62,436 nucleotides of DNA from Welwitschia mirabilis (taxonomy: Eukaryota), in the NCBI GenBank assembly GCA_051453625.1, contig JBOZIK010000001.1, positions 46,241,276-46,303,711 of the forward strand, written 5' to 3'. Shown here one piece after another: positions 15,261-28,200 of this stretch (the first letter of the stretch is position 1; each line of letters starts with the position of its first letter). The notes under the pieces were generated by a model. The model did not search any database. It was not told where the DNA came from and was given only the letters and a program-made list of their open reading frames with translations. The position numbers and the translations under genes were made by a program.

Positions 15261-16053
15261 AGGAAAGCAGTGTTAAAAATAAAGAGATCTTTGTTGACAT
15301 GCTAAACATTAGAAGATTGAATGGACCACAGAATGGAGAAATGGTCTGATAAAACCTCAGTATAGTCAGTTGAATCTGGGAGCTTTTTATGATGAGAAAT
15401 AGTAATATTTGGATCTGAGTACAAATAAACGTGGTCAAGCCAAGAAGTAATGAAACTTGTTTCAGCTCTAGCATTAGATCAGGTGAACCATCCTTGAGCA
15501 AAATTAATTCTTGTGATAGCATTGGCATCCTGCAACTAGAATTTGCTTTTAAGTAAAATTCAACTATCGAGCCCATTAATGTCAAGGTCATCTTTATTTC
15601 CTCCTCATTTACCTACGTCCCTTTCAATCATATTAAAATCTCCAGCTAAGATCCAAGATGCTTCTGGAAGAGAGTCATAGAGCCACTTCCATAAAACACA
15701 TTTGTCTGGGATACTACAAGGGACATAAATGTTGGCCATGTCTGTAATAGAATTGTTCCATTTTAAATGAATCCAAAGTACGTTACCCCTTGGGTCTTGA
15801 CCATGATCACTAATCTGATTATTAAACTTATGGTGAAGGAGAATAACCGCTCCTCCTCTACATCTAGAATGACAAGAGATGAAGGAAGTACTCTTGGGGA
15901 AAATATTGTTACAAGCAGTTTGAAGCTGAAAATATTGAATTTTAATTTCTTGGAGAAGACTATATCTAAGCATTTTTTAGCTATATAATCTCAGATAATG
16001 TATTCTCTTCGAGGGTCTGAGAGCCTCTGAACATTCCATGAGATGAGTTTCAT
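15261..16053 (-). pseudogene. Second copy of the LINE ORF2 N-terminus (endonuclease domain)
   Basis: Starts MKLISWNV at 16053 and contains LQEIK, NIYVP and WILAGDFN. Aligns with 13766-14557. Confidence 0.9.
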
Positions 16054-16059
16054 GAGTTG

Positions 16060-17452
16060 AGATTGATAAAGGACCCAATCCCCACTCCAATGGCTTGCCA
16101 TGAGTTCGTAGATTCAAAACTATTAGCTACTGATCTGCTCTATCTTCTGAATTAGCTTATGATACCACTACCAGATCTTGTCGTGTTGTTCATAATCCCA
16201 AAAGAAGTAAATAAGGGATTGACCCTTGTAACATGAGCATAAGATTTCTTACAATAGTTTGCCATCCTTACTTTGTATCGTTTTTGTTATTAGTTGACTT
16301 AGGATTTTTAGAAGTCTCTTATTTNNNNNNNNNNNNNNNNNNNNNNNNNNNNNNNNNNNNNNNNNNNNNNNNNNNNNNNNNNNNNNNNNNNNNNNNNNNN
16401 NNNNNNNNNNNNNNNNNNNNNNNNCGTTTTTGTTATTAGTTGACTTAGGATTTTTAGAAGTCTCTTATTTATTCTCCTGACTATTAACGTTTAACTCCTC
16501 TATAGAAATTTGAGAGGTATTCCCTTTATCTGAATTCTTCTTATTGGGTTTGATGATCTTAGTTATGACTTATTCTTGAGTAGTGTGGTTGGCATTGACT
16601 CCTTCTTGTGGGGTCTGGTGATTTTCTTATATAAGATCTTTCTGAAGAAGTTAGTTGGCTACTTTTTTTTTTGATAAAACTCTATTTGCTTCCATTTTAG
16701 CTGATAGTTTAGAACAACATGCCCTCATATGATCAAGCTCTTCATAACAGTAATAATGATTTGGCAGAGTTAAATAAGTAACCTTTTGGAGAATAATTTC
16801 TCCAATCAGCTAATAATTAGACAACCTCAGGTAATGGTTTATTTAGATCAATAGTAACGTAGATTCTTCTTGTGGGGCGAGCACGCAATTCTATAAAGGT
16901 TTGCATTTCTATGAGATGTCCAATTTTAGTAGCTAAGACATCAACATGAGGTAGAAAATTAACTATGAGGTTTTGGAATCCAATCCATATGAGGATGGTA
17001 CTTTGAGTGGCTTTTTTTGGGTCAAAACCTTTGAACCATGCTGCAGAATGAGGGAAGTTCTTAAAATGTTCCAAATGGGCTGCCGTTTTCACCTAATCCA
17101 TCATATCTTTAGTTTCAAAATCGAAAAGGAAAAAGCCTTTTATCATATTTGAGACTATAGAGATTCTAATATTTCTGTTGACCCAGTTCATTTGAATCCA
17201 ATCATTGAGAACTGAAAAAGGAGGAATTCTTCTACTGAAAAAACCAATAGCATACAACTATTTAAAAGTATTATTGATTTTGTCAAAAAGGTCTTGGGGG
17301 AACTTTAAGTTGACGATAACGCAATCATTGTTCGAGGCCATATTGTTTTCTTCAACTACTAGTGTGGAGTTAAAAGACATATCAACCATTTCTGGTTTTC
17401 AATTTTTAAAGGATGCATTTAACACTAATGAAGCTAGATTGTTCAAGGTCAT
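16060..17452 (-). pseudogene. LINE ORF1 (DUF4283-like region + CCHC zinc knuckle), disrupted
   Basis: KGFFLFDF (~17120-17140), IWIGFQNL, VTIDLNKPLP, and decayed knuckle HYYCYEELDHMRACC (~16714-16760). A second copy of its 3' half lies at 14565-15160. Confidence 0.8.
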
Positions 17453-17949
17453 TCAAAGAAAAAATAAAAGAGAAGCTAAAAGCTAGTAAACTTCTCTAAA
17501 AAGATGCAACACCAACACATGCAGGACTTTCCACAGTGAAGTTCTCCACATGCATGATCCGATCTCTTGAGCTTTAGAAAATTGCTGAAAAGTGGTTTTC
17601 CATCACTTATAATCTCAAGCCTTTCAACTCTTAATCAAGCCTCAACGCATGCAAAGCTCGGTTTCCAAGGCAGTCCTCAGGCCGAGCCACTCTCCAGTGT
17701 GCATGTAGACCTACCTCTCAGCTTTTTTCGCTACTCTCCAACACATGCAAAGACCCGTCGCTCTCTAATACACATGTATAATGAAGAAAATCACGCAGAA
17801 TAATTAAGTGCACATAAAACATTTACACGCACGCAGAACGAAGAAGCTCGTGGCCGCTATTGTGATATTAAGCGCCACCACGCATAAAACGTTTTCCTAG
17901 TCAAATGAGTATTACCAATATCTCTGAAGTGGAGGAATCGTGAAGGATT

Positions 17950-20900
17950 CAAAATAATAATAATAAATCAATATTCATTTAAGTACGATGGCATTAGGGT
18001 AATTTACATGTATTTAATGCTATGGTGAAGTGATAAAGTCATTAGGTTATATGATGAGAGGTCATAAGTTTGAGTCCATTGTATGTCACGTTTGCTTCAT
18101 TAAGAAGGAGATTAGTTTTATATTAAAATTATATATGAGTAAATAATAAAATAAAATGATAATATGTGGTATAAAGAAAGAGGTCACTTAGCATATTTTC
18201 CTTGGGCATGTAGAATGCTTGGAAAATAAGCTAAATACTTTTAAAAATTTATGAAATTACTATTACAAAAATGTGTCTAAACACATGTAAGGATATATGG
18301 AAAGAAAGCTTACATGTCTAATGCCTTGGAGATATGGTAAAGTCATTAATTATTAAATAATAGGTTACATATTAAAGTCCTTTCACCCTTACTTTTTCCT
18401 ACTTGAAAGGGAAAAAGTAATTTTATTTTGAAATTATATTGATTGGGCACCTAATAGAGAAATGAAGTCGTCAATGCATAAAATTATATTTGTGTAAGTA
18501 AGTCTATTTAAGGAGCGGCCTTCTTGGATGTTATGGGGGCCACTCACAAATTAATTTAAAGCATGACACGCTTGCCTTAATAATAAGATTATTAAATCTT
18601 GGTCAATAAGATATTGCTTGCTCTAGTTAAACAAAAGGTAAGTTGTTAGAGAATCTTGGAATGAGAGAAAAGTAAAGAAAGGAAATGCAAGAATTTATTG
18701 TTGGTTGGATAGATATAAGAAGCTAAGGGAAATACTAAGTAGTAAGAAAGGAATTATATGATTTGTCATCTCTTAACCTATCTTAGCTATAGATATAATT
18801 GGAGGTAAAATTAGGAAAGAAGAATAATATGGTATCATAAAATAACATTTAAAAACCTATGATAAAAATAATATTATATATTTACTATGTGCTTCTTTTA
18901 TTGGTTTTCACTTTCTAAATAAGTTTTAACGATATAGTAAATAAATGTAGTGTTAGTAGCAGGTTAGCCTTCTTCGCATTTGACAAGCACCTTTAAAGTC
19001 TATGAAATTAAAATAGGGAAATCGTACATACAACGAACAAGAAAAATCTATGCATCACATCATATGTCATTGTAATGCTTACAATCTAGCATTATGACCT
19101 TCTTCCCCTTGCATAGCTAGTTAGACTTCATCTTGTAAAATAAACTAGGTTAGGAGAAGGTACATCTTAGAAAATTGAATATCATGTTAATGAGTGTGTG
19201 TCATTAATTGAGAAAGAAAAGTAAATAACAAAGGATCTAGAAAAATAAGGTAAAGGTGAATCATTAAGGTGATGACGATATAAACTAGGAGATAAGAAAT
19301 GTCAAAGGAAAATCATAAAATGTAGGTAATAAAGGAAAATAATAAAGTAAACACACAATTAAGTAGGGTCTGAAGGCTCAGATGGGACTAAAGCTTTAAT
19401 ATGACAAATTTGTTTAAATTGACATAATTGAAATGAGCTTATATAATTAATAATATTAGTAAAGGATAATGGTATTATATAGATGCATTAGTTATAATAA
19501 AAGTATAACGGATACGTTAAACAACATTAGTAAATGATGACCTAACATTAAGGATGATACGATGATATTACCCTAATAGTGTGATTATTAAATAATATAG
19601 GCTGAGGGCTTAATCGCGATGATAACAAAGGTATGAAGAATTAATAGATATAATGTTATGATTGTTAAATCAACCTTCTTTAGAACCACGTAGAATAGGA
19701 CACCAAATATAAGCTTCTCAAACCCTATAACAGCTAATGATTAATAATTGTGATGTTCTAATATCCTATATGGTATAATGATAGAAAATAGTACTAAGGA
19801 TGATGGCTGTTACTAATACTAAGGGCCTATCCTTATGTGGGTCGATGACCCATAAAGATCTATGTCCATAACTAGAATTAGTGTTTAAAAACCGGAGTTG
19901 CATAGCAGAAGTGTAATGGGTTCTAAATAAGACCAAACAATAGCCACATGTGTGATTAACTATTAAATGAATCCTTAATCATGATGAACTACGACGCAAC
20001 AACGATAACCCACAGATGTGCCGAATGATGCAATGGAAATGGTAATCCACAGATGCGTCAAGTAGACAATGGAGTGTTAAGAATAATTGTTGAGATAGAA
20101 TTATCTTATGATAATGACATCAATGATGAGACTATAAGTCTAATGTCAGCTTGAATGCTATTGATGACATGGATGAGGTGATCCAATGGCATATGTAATG
20201 GCTTAATAATGACTCTGATGATATAATCTATGATGATGACATAATCATAACAATTAAGATAATTCTAAATACAGAATTGGCTTATGATGTGACATATTAT
20301 ATCTATATCTAGAAATGATATTGATTGTGTTTTAGATTCTTATTTGTGTCGTTACTTGACAATCATCTATACTACATCCTGATTGATCTTGATCACTAGT
20401 TCAATGGCATACGAGCATATAGATTTGATATTTTACATGTGGTAGACATATATGTATATATATACACACGCATGTGTATTTAGTATGGTTGGTTATGAAA
20501 GGAGCAGTGTAACATGTCCCAACATTTGAGAAAGACATATGTATGGATGATTGATGGGAGATTGACTACATGACTGATAGGTCATGTTTTGCCTAATGGA
20601 AGGTGGGAATCACAGAGAAAGCAATTGTATAATAGATATACGGATGATGATATAAGATACGTAGATAATCTTCATGACGAGGAGTCATGCAGTTGCATAG
20701 TGGAGGGCATGCCCACATAGTGGCACTATGAGATCAATTCACATGATCCATGTGTGATCGAGTCAACTTATTTATGACCTTTATGAGGTCATGACCCCAT
20801 AGTAGTGGTTGATAAATGGTTGGACAGAAGCTCCACATGATACTTGACTAGCTATTTTCCTATATTTTTGTATAGATATACATTATATGATATTTTCTGT

Positions 20901-21378
20901 CAGTTTAATCTGATTTATCAAATCTAGCTTTTCATTAGCTTGTTTATCTATTGACACAGATCATTTGAACCTACCATTACTATTATGTGTATTAGTAGTA
21001 ATAGAGATAAGGTCCAAGATAGAACTATGTGTGGTCTGAGTTCCTCTAGATGAGGATATTAGGCATGGTTGCTTCTTGTAGGTCAACCAATCATTTGACT
21101 ACGACTTACACACTTCTATTACGTGTTTCATAATGTGTGTTTCGTAAGGCACTTTCATGCTTATTTGTGTATTCTTATTTGAGTTTTCTAGACGTTAAAA
21201 AAATAGGATGTGATGTTATCAAGTGTACTATCATCATATAGTACTCCTGAGGGGTAGCCTATGGAATGTTGAAAGTATGTCCTTTTGAATCAAATTAATC
21301 CACTATGTTAGTTAGTTATGATATTAGTTAATTAAAAAAAATTCGAGTGTAACTTGGTGTAAAAATGAGTGGGTGACA
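17950..21378 (+). repeat. Long LTR-like sequence of a Del/Tekay-type Gypsy element (5' boundary uncertain)
   Basis: Non-coding stretch that ends GGGTGACA immediately before an intact tRNA-Met PBS. Confidence 0.55.
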
Positions 21379-21381
21379 TTT

Positions 21382-21393
21382 TGGTATCAGAGC
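21382..21393 (+). promoter_or_regulatory. Primer-binding site (tRNA-iMet)
   Basis: Exact TGGTATCAGAGC, 3 nt after the LTR-terminal CA. Confidence 0.92.
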
Positions 21394-21487
21394 TATGGTC
21401 GTGTCCATAGTGAGTTATCATTATAGTTGGTTAATGATATGTTTATGACATCGATGTCTAATGAGAGTTTCCAGAAGGAAACTTCTT

Positions 21488-22800
21488 AAGATGGAAAGGA
21501 TGTAATACCCCTATTTTCATCACACGCTTGGTCATGCAAGAAGCCAATTAAGTCATGTCAAGATGGGAACTTGAGTTGCTAATTAGCTTAGTAACGAGTT
21601 AATCAGTTGGTTAATTAAATAAGGTTTATGGAATGTGTTAGATGCCACTCACATTGTTAACCATTATTAGCATGTGTTAATGTTAAGAGTAAAGATATTA
21701 TTTAATTCTAATAAAAGAGTTTAGAAGTGTGAATTATTAATGTTAAGGTGGTTTTAAAATAAATGTTGGGTAATATAAAATAATATTTTTAAAGGTTAAG
21801 GAAAGAATAATGTATTGAAAAGAGAATGGGATTAACATGTAAAATGCTAATATAAGTCTCATTTGAAATATGTAAATTAAAAGGATGGCCTTATTAAATG
21901 TTAATTATAATGATTGATTATTATTAGTGAAATTAGTTAGGTAAGANNNNNNNNNNNNNNNNNNNNNNNNNNNNNNNNNNNNNNNNNNNNNNNNNNNNNN
22001 NNNNNNNNNNNNNNNNNNNNNNNNNNNNNNNNNNNNNNNNNNNNNNNNNNNNNNNNNNNNNNNNNNNNNNNNNNNNNNNNNNNNNNNNNNNNNNNNNNNN
22101 NNNNNNNNNNNNNNNNNNNNNNNNNNNNNNNNNNNNNNNNNNNNNNNNNNNNNNNNNNNNNNNNNNNNNNNNNNNNNNNNNNNNNNNNNNNNNNNNNNNN
22201 NNNNNNNNNNNNNNNNNNNNNNNNNNNNNNNNNNNNNNNNNNNNNNNNNNNNNNNNNNNNNNNNNNNNNNNNNNNNNNNNNNNNNNNNNNNNNNNNNNNN
22301 NNNNNNNNNNNNNNNNNNNNNNNNNNNNNNNNNNNNNNNNNNNNNNNNNNNNNNNNNNNNNNNNNNNNNNNNNNNNNNNNNNNNNNNNNNNNNNNNNNNN
22401 NNNNNNNNNNNNNNNNNNNNNNNNNNNNNNNNNNNNNNNNNNNNNNNNNNNNNNNNNNNNNNNNNNNNNNNNNNNNNNNNNNNNNNNNNNNNNNNNNNNN
22501 NNNNNNNNNTACGAGGTGTCCATTGTTAACAATGCTAAATGTAATAGAGTGGCATCAGGTTTTAAAGGGATGGTTACATATGTCATTTGAATAATAATGT
22601 GGCATTATGATTGATGAGATGGCCATGTGGCACTTTGGTTAAATGAAATGGCAGTTAGAAAAGATTGAAGTGGTAAGGTGGCGGTGTATCATTACAATTT
22701 TCTTAAGGTTTATGTGGTAGTTTATTAAGTTGAGCTGACCACAAATTAAATGATAATGTAGTAGGTTACCTAGCCAACTAAGATAACTGTTACCTACGTG
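21488..22800 (+). repeat. PPT plus start of a Del/Tekay-type LTR (TG at 21501), interrupted by gap 21947-22509
   Basis: TTTCCAGAAGGAAACTTCTTAAGATGGAAAGGA|TGTAATACCCC resembles the TTTCGAGGACGAAA...TAAGGGGGGAAGA|TGTAACACCC junction typical of this lineage. Confidence 0.75.
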
Positions 22801-23274
22801 ACTTAATAATGAAGGAGCTCATTAAAATATTGAAAGTGGACAAGTCTATTTGAAAGAACAATAAACAGCTAAAGTTTTGGATATCCAACAAGAAGAAAGT
22901 TCAAGAACCATCAAAAATACAACCCAACTAGACCATTAATATAAGATAATGATATAATATTTAAAGGATCAAACGTTACTAGATGAGATGACCAATTCAG
23001 AAAAAATAAATTTTCACTTGAAAGAAACAAAATTTTGTCTAAGTTAAAATCAACATTTTAAAAGATCATTCGACAAGGTTGTACTGCTTTGTCTCAAGTC
23101 ATGTAAAGCACTAATTATTTTAAAGGAAGCTCATTCTGGCCTCTAGAGAGGCAAAATCATTAGCTTTTTGTATCATGATCAAGATAGCTAGACAACTCCA
23201 TAAGAAGTTTGTACTGATTACATCAAAAATTGTCATAAATGCCAAATTTACATCCCGATTTTACATCAACCACC
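22800..23274 (+). pseudogene. pol: Tat/Ogre-type Gypsy pol fragment, left half (integrase zinc-binding region)
   Basis: KRSFDKVVLLCL (~23061) and CHKCQIYIPILHQPP (23231-23274). The frame continues at 38408 as NELYS. Confidence 0.8.
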
Positions 23275-24200
23275 TATTAGGATCAGAATGTCACCCTAAG
23301 GTGGAGAGGGGTTGAATAGGATGTTGATAATTTTTTAGTGAAAATATTTGGTAACTGAAATAATAACAATCTAAAGAAATTAAACAAGCTCAAAAAACAT
23401 GAAAGCACACATAGTAAAGAACATCATAGATTTATAGTGGTTCTCCACTCTCAGGAGGCAGTAACATCCTTCAGCCTCATATTTCCTTTAGCACTTTTCT
23501 TCACTAAACTTACAATCCCCTTCTAGTCTAGGGCTTTCAATACTTCCAGCACCTTTCACAAGGCTCTTAATACTTTTACAGCAGGGTTAGAAAAAGCACA
23601 ATACAGTATCTTTGATCTGATATAGGTTTTGATAGAATGTATTCCTAACTTGCATTAATTATCAGCTTATATAATCGAATGCTCTTGATGGAGATGATGT
23701 CTTAATAAAGTATAGGACTACTACATCAAAAGAATAGAATAAAGGAATGTACATTGTATATAGAGTATGGAAATTCTTTTCCCTCAGATGTTAGAAGCTC
23801 AATTTCCATGGACCTAGTGCCTTTTAACATCATGACATCTAAAACTAGTTGTTGTATCTTTATGTAGAGAGTCCTTTTGCTTTGGCTGATATACAAAATG
23901 AATGTTTTAACTGTTTGACCCTTGATTTGCTAAATCTAATGCTTCCAATGGTCAAACTTCTACTTCAATGTTTGCCAACCCATATGTCCATTTCACAAGT
24001 CTAGATGTATTAATTTTAATCACATTTTTTGTCCCAATTGAGAAGAATACTAGACGTCTTATTTCTAAGGGTCAGACGTCCCTTCTTTTACAAATCTGTA
24101 TACAAGCCCAAACATCCCAGGAATATGAGCTAGATGTCCCAATGTGAAACTACTAAAAATAGGCCCAGACATCCAGAGAAGTGCAAATGATGTAACTTTA
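23275..24200 (-). repeat. 3' LTR of Sirevirus A (inner end truncated)
   Basis: Aligns colinearly with 37301-~38250, for example GCTAAATCTAATGCTTCCAAT at 23929 and 37979. Confidence 0.9.
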
Positions 24201-25289
24201 AAAATTTTATGACCAATTTTCTAAATTTTTTGTAATTAAGGCATCAAAATGAAAAATTTTGTTGTAAAAGTCATATACCGTATCCCCTAATCAAAATTGA
24301 ACTTTCTCCTCAACATGATATGGTAAAAAGCATTTTATTCATTTCGAGAACATAGTTTTCAGAAAGATCGCAATAAGTCTTTTTATTGGAAGCAATGCAA
24401 AATGGTACAGCTACTCTATGAAAAGGTAAAGATTAATTAATGTTAAACACTGTTAAGTAGAAGGTCGATCGATCAAAATGGTTTATGCCTTATGAATTAT
24501 TTCTCATGAAAATGGGTATGAAGTGAAGTGAAGTGTAGTGTAGTGAGTGAAAGGCAGATGAAAAATGTGTCAATAGACGAAACCATGAACCAATGAACAA
24601 ATGAGTGAACTATCCTAAGTTGAAGGCCTTTATTATATTTTTGTATTTTTAATGAATCTCACAATCAACTAAGCTAGCCTTCATAGAGCATCTTATATGA
24701 ATTTAAGAAAGCATTAGTGAATCGTAAGTATGAAAGTTAAAATATAAAAAATCGTAGAAAGCCTCTAATTCCCACCTTTTTCGTTTCTTAATTTTTCGTT
24801 TCTACCATTGTGTATGCCCTTAATTTAAGCGTTTGTATCATATTGAGCATCCAGTGTTAACGACATTTTCTACCAACAGAGTGAAACATGTTTTTTAATG
24901 TAGAAATTAGTGTTGTGTTGTTAGCGAGCATCCATAGCCCCAGTGTAGTTGATTATGCTATAATTAGATCGTTAAAGTTGCATTACCACTAAGCATCCAT
25001 AGCCCCAATGTAGTTAACTAAATCCAATTAAGTGATTAATGTTATGTGCATTTGGAGAAGAGATATATTATTTTCTTTTTTGCATCTTCCCATAGGCATT
25101 TTTTATGCACATTTAGAGGGGTCATTGGCTCATTAGCCTAATCAAGATAAATATTGTCCCTATGAAAGGCTATAAACCTAAGAAACATATGCAAAGGTAG
25201 ATTCCATCTTTTCAACCAAGTTTTTCTAAAATCCGAGAAGTGTAACTCTTACTTATAATCCCATAAGCATACTTAATTATAACTATTAC

Positions 25290-28200
25290 TTAGGTGACAA
25301 TGAGATCACTTATTATTGATTTTTGTTGAAGGCCATTAATCTAGATCATTAAGCCTAATAAATTCATAAGTTACTAGAATAAACGGATGATAGGGCTTTA
25401 GGCAGTGTCCATTGACTTTGAATAGCTAATGTTTTCTAGGGTTTTCTATGAGAAATACTCCATGAGACAAAACCTTTCTTATTAAAAATAGTCCTTTCCA
25501 CTGAGCAACTAGTTTGCTTGAGAAAAGATATAAGCATGAGTTATAAAGCAAAACTAGTTCTTCCTCCTTGAAATTTTCCCTAAGAATGTGTTGACCATCA
25601 ATCTTTTTCATTCTTTCTTTGTTGGTCCTCATGTTTTCATAGGTGTCATTTCTGATTGCATCCCATTCATTAAGTTATATGATCCTATTTTTCTATGCAG
25701 CTTCCAAATATATGTTCATGTTTTTAATTGCCTAGTAATCTTTGTGCTTGAGTTCTATGGGTAGATGACAGGCTTTTCCATAGACTATCCTAAACGATGA
25801 CATTCCTAAGGGAGTTTTGTAAGCAATGTGATGGCTCCATAAAACATCATTAAGCTTAAAGGACCACTATTTTCTTATTGAGTTTATTATCTTTTGCAGG
25901 ATCTTCATAATCTCTCTATTCGTAACCTCAACTTCACTACTAATTTAGGGATGGTAAGGTGTTTCTATTTTATGAGTAACCCTGTGTTTAGCAAGAAGGT
26001 TATTGAATATTTTTTTGCAGAAATGTGTTGTTCCATCACTAACTAAAACTCATGGATAGCCAAATCGCATTAAGATATTTTTCTTAAATAAGTTTACCAT
26101 TGTTTGATTGACAAGTGCATGTGTCAATCCATTATGTTATGTAATCAACACAGACAAGAATGAACTGATCCCCATTTGAGGGTTGATAAGGGCCCTAAAA
26201 ATCGATTCCCTAAATATTGAAGAGTTCGACTATGAGAATGGAGTTTATAGGCGTCATTTATCTTTGTGAAAGACTCCCTAACTTTTGGCAATTATTGCAA
26301 GATTTGCAGTAAAGATAGGAGTCTTTGAAAATGGATAGCCAATAGAAACCAGAATGAAGGACTTTTGTAGCAGTTTTATTGGTTGAGTAATAGACCCCAC
26401 AAGCCTCAGAATGGTAATGCTTAGGAAGGTCGTGTATTTCAGTTTGATCATACATTTGCGAATGACTTGGTCTAGACAATATTTGAAAAGATATGGACTA
26501 TCCCAAAAGAAGTATTTGACCTAGGTTAAGAACCTCTTTTTATCATTAGGGGTTCAGTGAGAAGGAATGGTTTTGGAGACTAGGTAATTGGCAATATCTG
26601 CGAACCAAGGTCCTTTCTTAACTGAAAAGAGATGTTCATTTGGGAAAGTTTCATTAATGGAAAGGAATGTTTGCAAATTCTCTTGAGTTAATTGTGAAAG
26701 ATGATCTACAACTACGTTATCAAAACTTTTTTCATCTTTAATCTCAAAGTCAAAGGCCTACAGAAGGAGGATCCATCTAATGAGTCTTGGTTTTGAATCC
26801 TTTTTGGCAAAAGGATATCTAAGGGCTAAATGATTTGTACAGATAATCACCTTAGATCCTAAAAGGTATTGCCTAAATTTCTCCAAGGCAAATACTATAG
26901 CCGGTAGTTGTTTCTACGTAATAGTGTAGTTTAATTGAGTATCATTCAATGTTTTACTGACACAATAAATTACAATTGGTTTTCTATTTATTATTTGTCC
27001 TGGAACGACCCCAATCACATAATCACTAGCATTGCATATAAGCTTGAAAAATGACTTTCAATCGGGTGGTTAAATGATGGGGATGGAAGTTAGTTTTTCC
27101 TTAAGTTGTTCAAAATCCTGTTGACATTCGAGGGTTTAGTTGAAGATGGCATCTTTGCTTAAAATATCACACAATGGCTTAGAAATTTTACTAAAATCCT
27201 TAATGAATCTCCTATAGTATCCTGCATATCTTAGGAAATATCTAATGTCTTTTTATTTTTGAGGTATTGGTAGGTAGGTGATTAGAAAAACTTTTGCAGG
27301 ATCCATCTAGATTCTTCTTTAGAGATGACATGCCCCAAAACTATGCCTTAATAATTGTAAAGTGGAATTTCTCCGAGTTAAGTACAAGGCATTTTTTAAT
27401 ACATCACTCAAAGACACATTTTAAGTTGTGCAAATAGTGGTTAAAATAGGTTCCATAGACTAAGTAGTCATTCATAAAGATTTCAACATCTGAATCTAAT
27501 AAATTGGAGAAGATTCCAATCATGCAATGTTGGAATGTGGCATGTGCATTGCATAATCCGAAAGGCATTCGTTTATAGGTGAACATTCCATAGGAGCAAG
27601 TGAAGGTAGGTTTTTCTTGGTCCTCAAGGATAATTTCAATTTGATTATATCCCAGTACCCATCTAAGAAATAGTAAAATGGATGGCTTGCAAGTGGCTCT
27701 AAGTTTTGATTAAAGAAAGGTAAATGGAAGTGATCCTTTCTTGAGATGACATTTAATTTTTTGTAATCAATGCACATCCTCCATTTTGCCACAGGTCTAA
27801 TAGGGATAAGTTCATTGTGCTCATTTGGAACAAGTGTAATTCCTGCTTTCTTTACTATAGTCTAGGCTGCACTTACCCATTTGCTATCTGACATAGGGTA
27901 GATAAATTCATTATCCAGAAGCTTGATCAATTCATTTTTAACTACCTCCTTTAAGGTTGGGTTTATCTGTCTCTATGCTTCTCTGGATGATTTAACATTC
28001 TCTTCTAAGTAAATATGATAGATGCAAATGCTAGGATCAATGCCCCTAGTGTCTGAAAGGGTTCATCCTATTGCATGTTGATTCTTCCTTAAGAGATTTA
28101 GAAATTCAGTTCCTTAAGATGAGGTTAAGGAAGAATTTATGACTACCAGAAAGATGGAATCATTCCCTAAGAAAGCGTATTTTAGATCAGTTGGCAAAGG

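Larger units (their letters stand above)
10480..17900 (-). mobile_element. L1-clade LINE (non-LTR retrotransposon), degenerate, possibly two copies joined at a gap
   Basis: ORF1 followed by ORF2 (APE-RT-C-terminal zinc finger) on the minus strand. AATAAA at 10523-10528 (-) is followed by an A/GA-rich tail, and there is a more GC-rich 5' leader at ~17480-17900. Confidence 0.9.

Noticed and set aside
16281..16470. Near-identical direct repeats flanking gaps (also 33988-34013 vs 34116-34141)
   Set aside because: Identical contig-end overlaps around 100-N placeholders, so an assembly artefact.
10461..17902. Possible LINE TSD (TTTCTAAGTC vs TTTCCTAGTC)
   Set aside because: Short, mismatched and low complexity, and the two flanks look like different elements.
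21933..22586. Long ORFs in the track (also 54379-55017, 57023-57455, 15127-15591, 61548-61766)
   Set aside because: Their length comes from translation through N-gaps.
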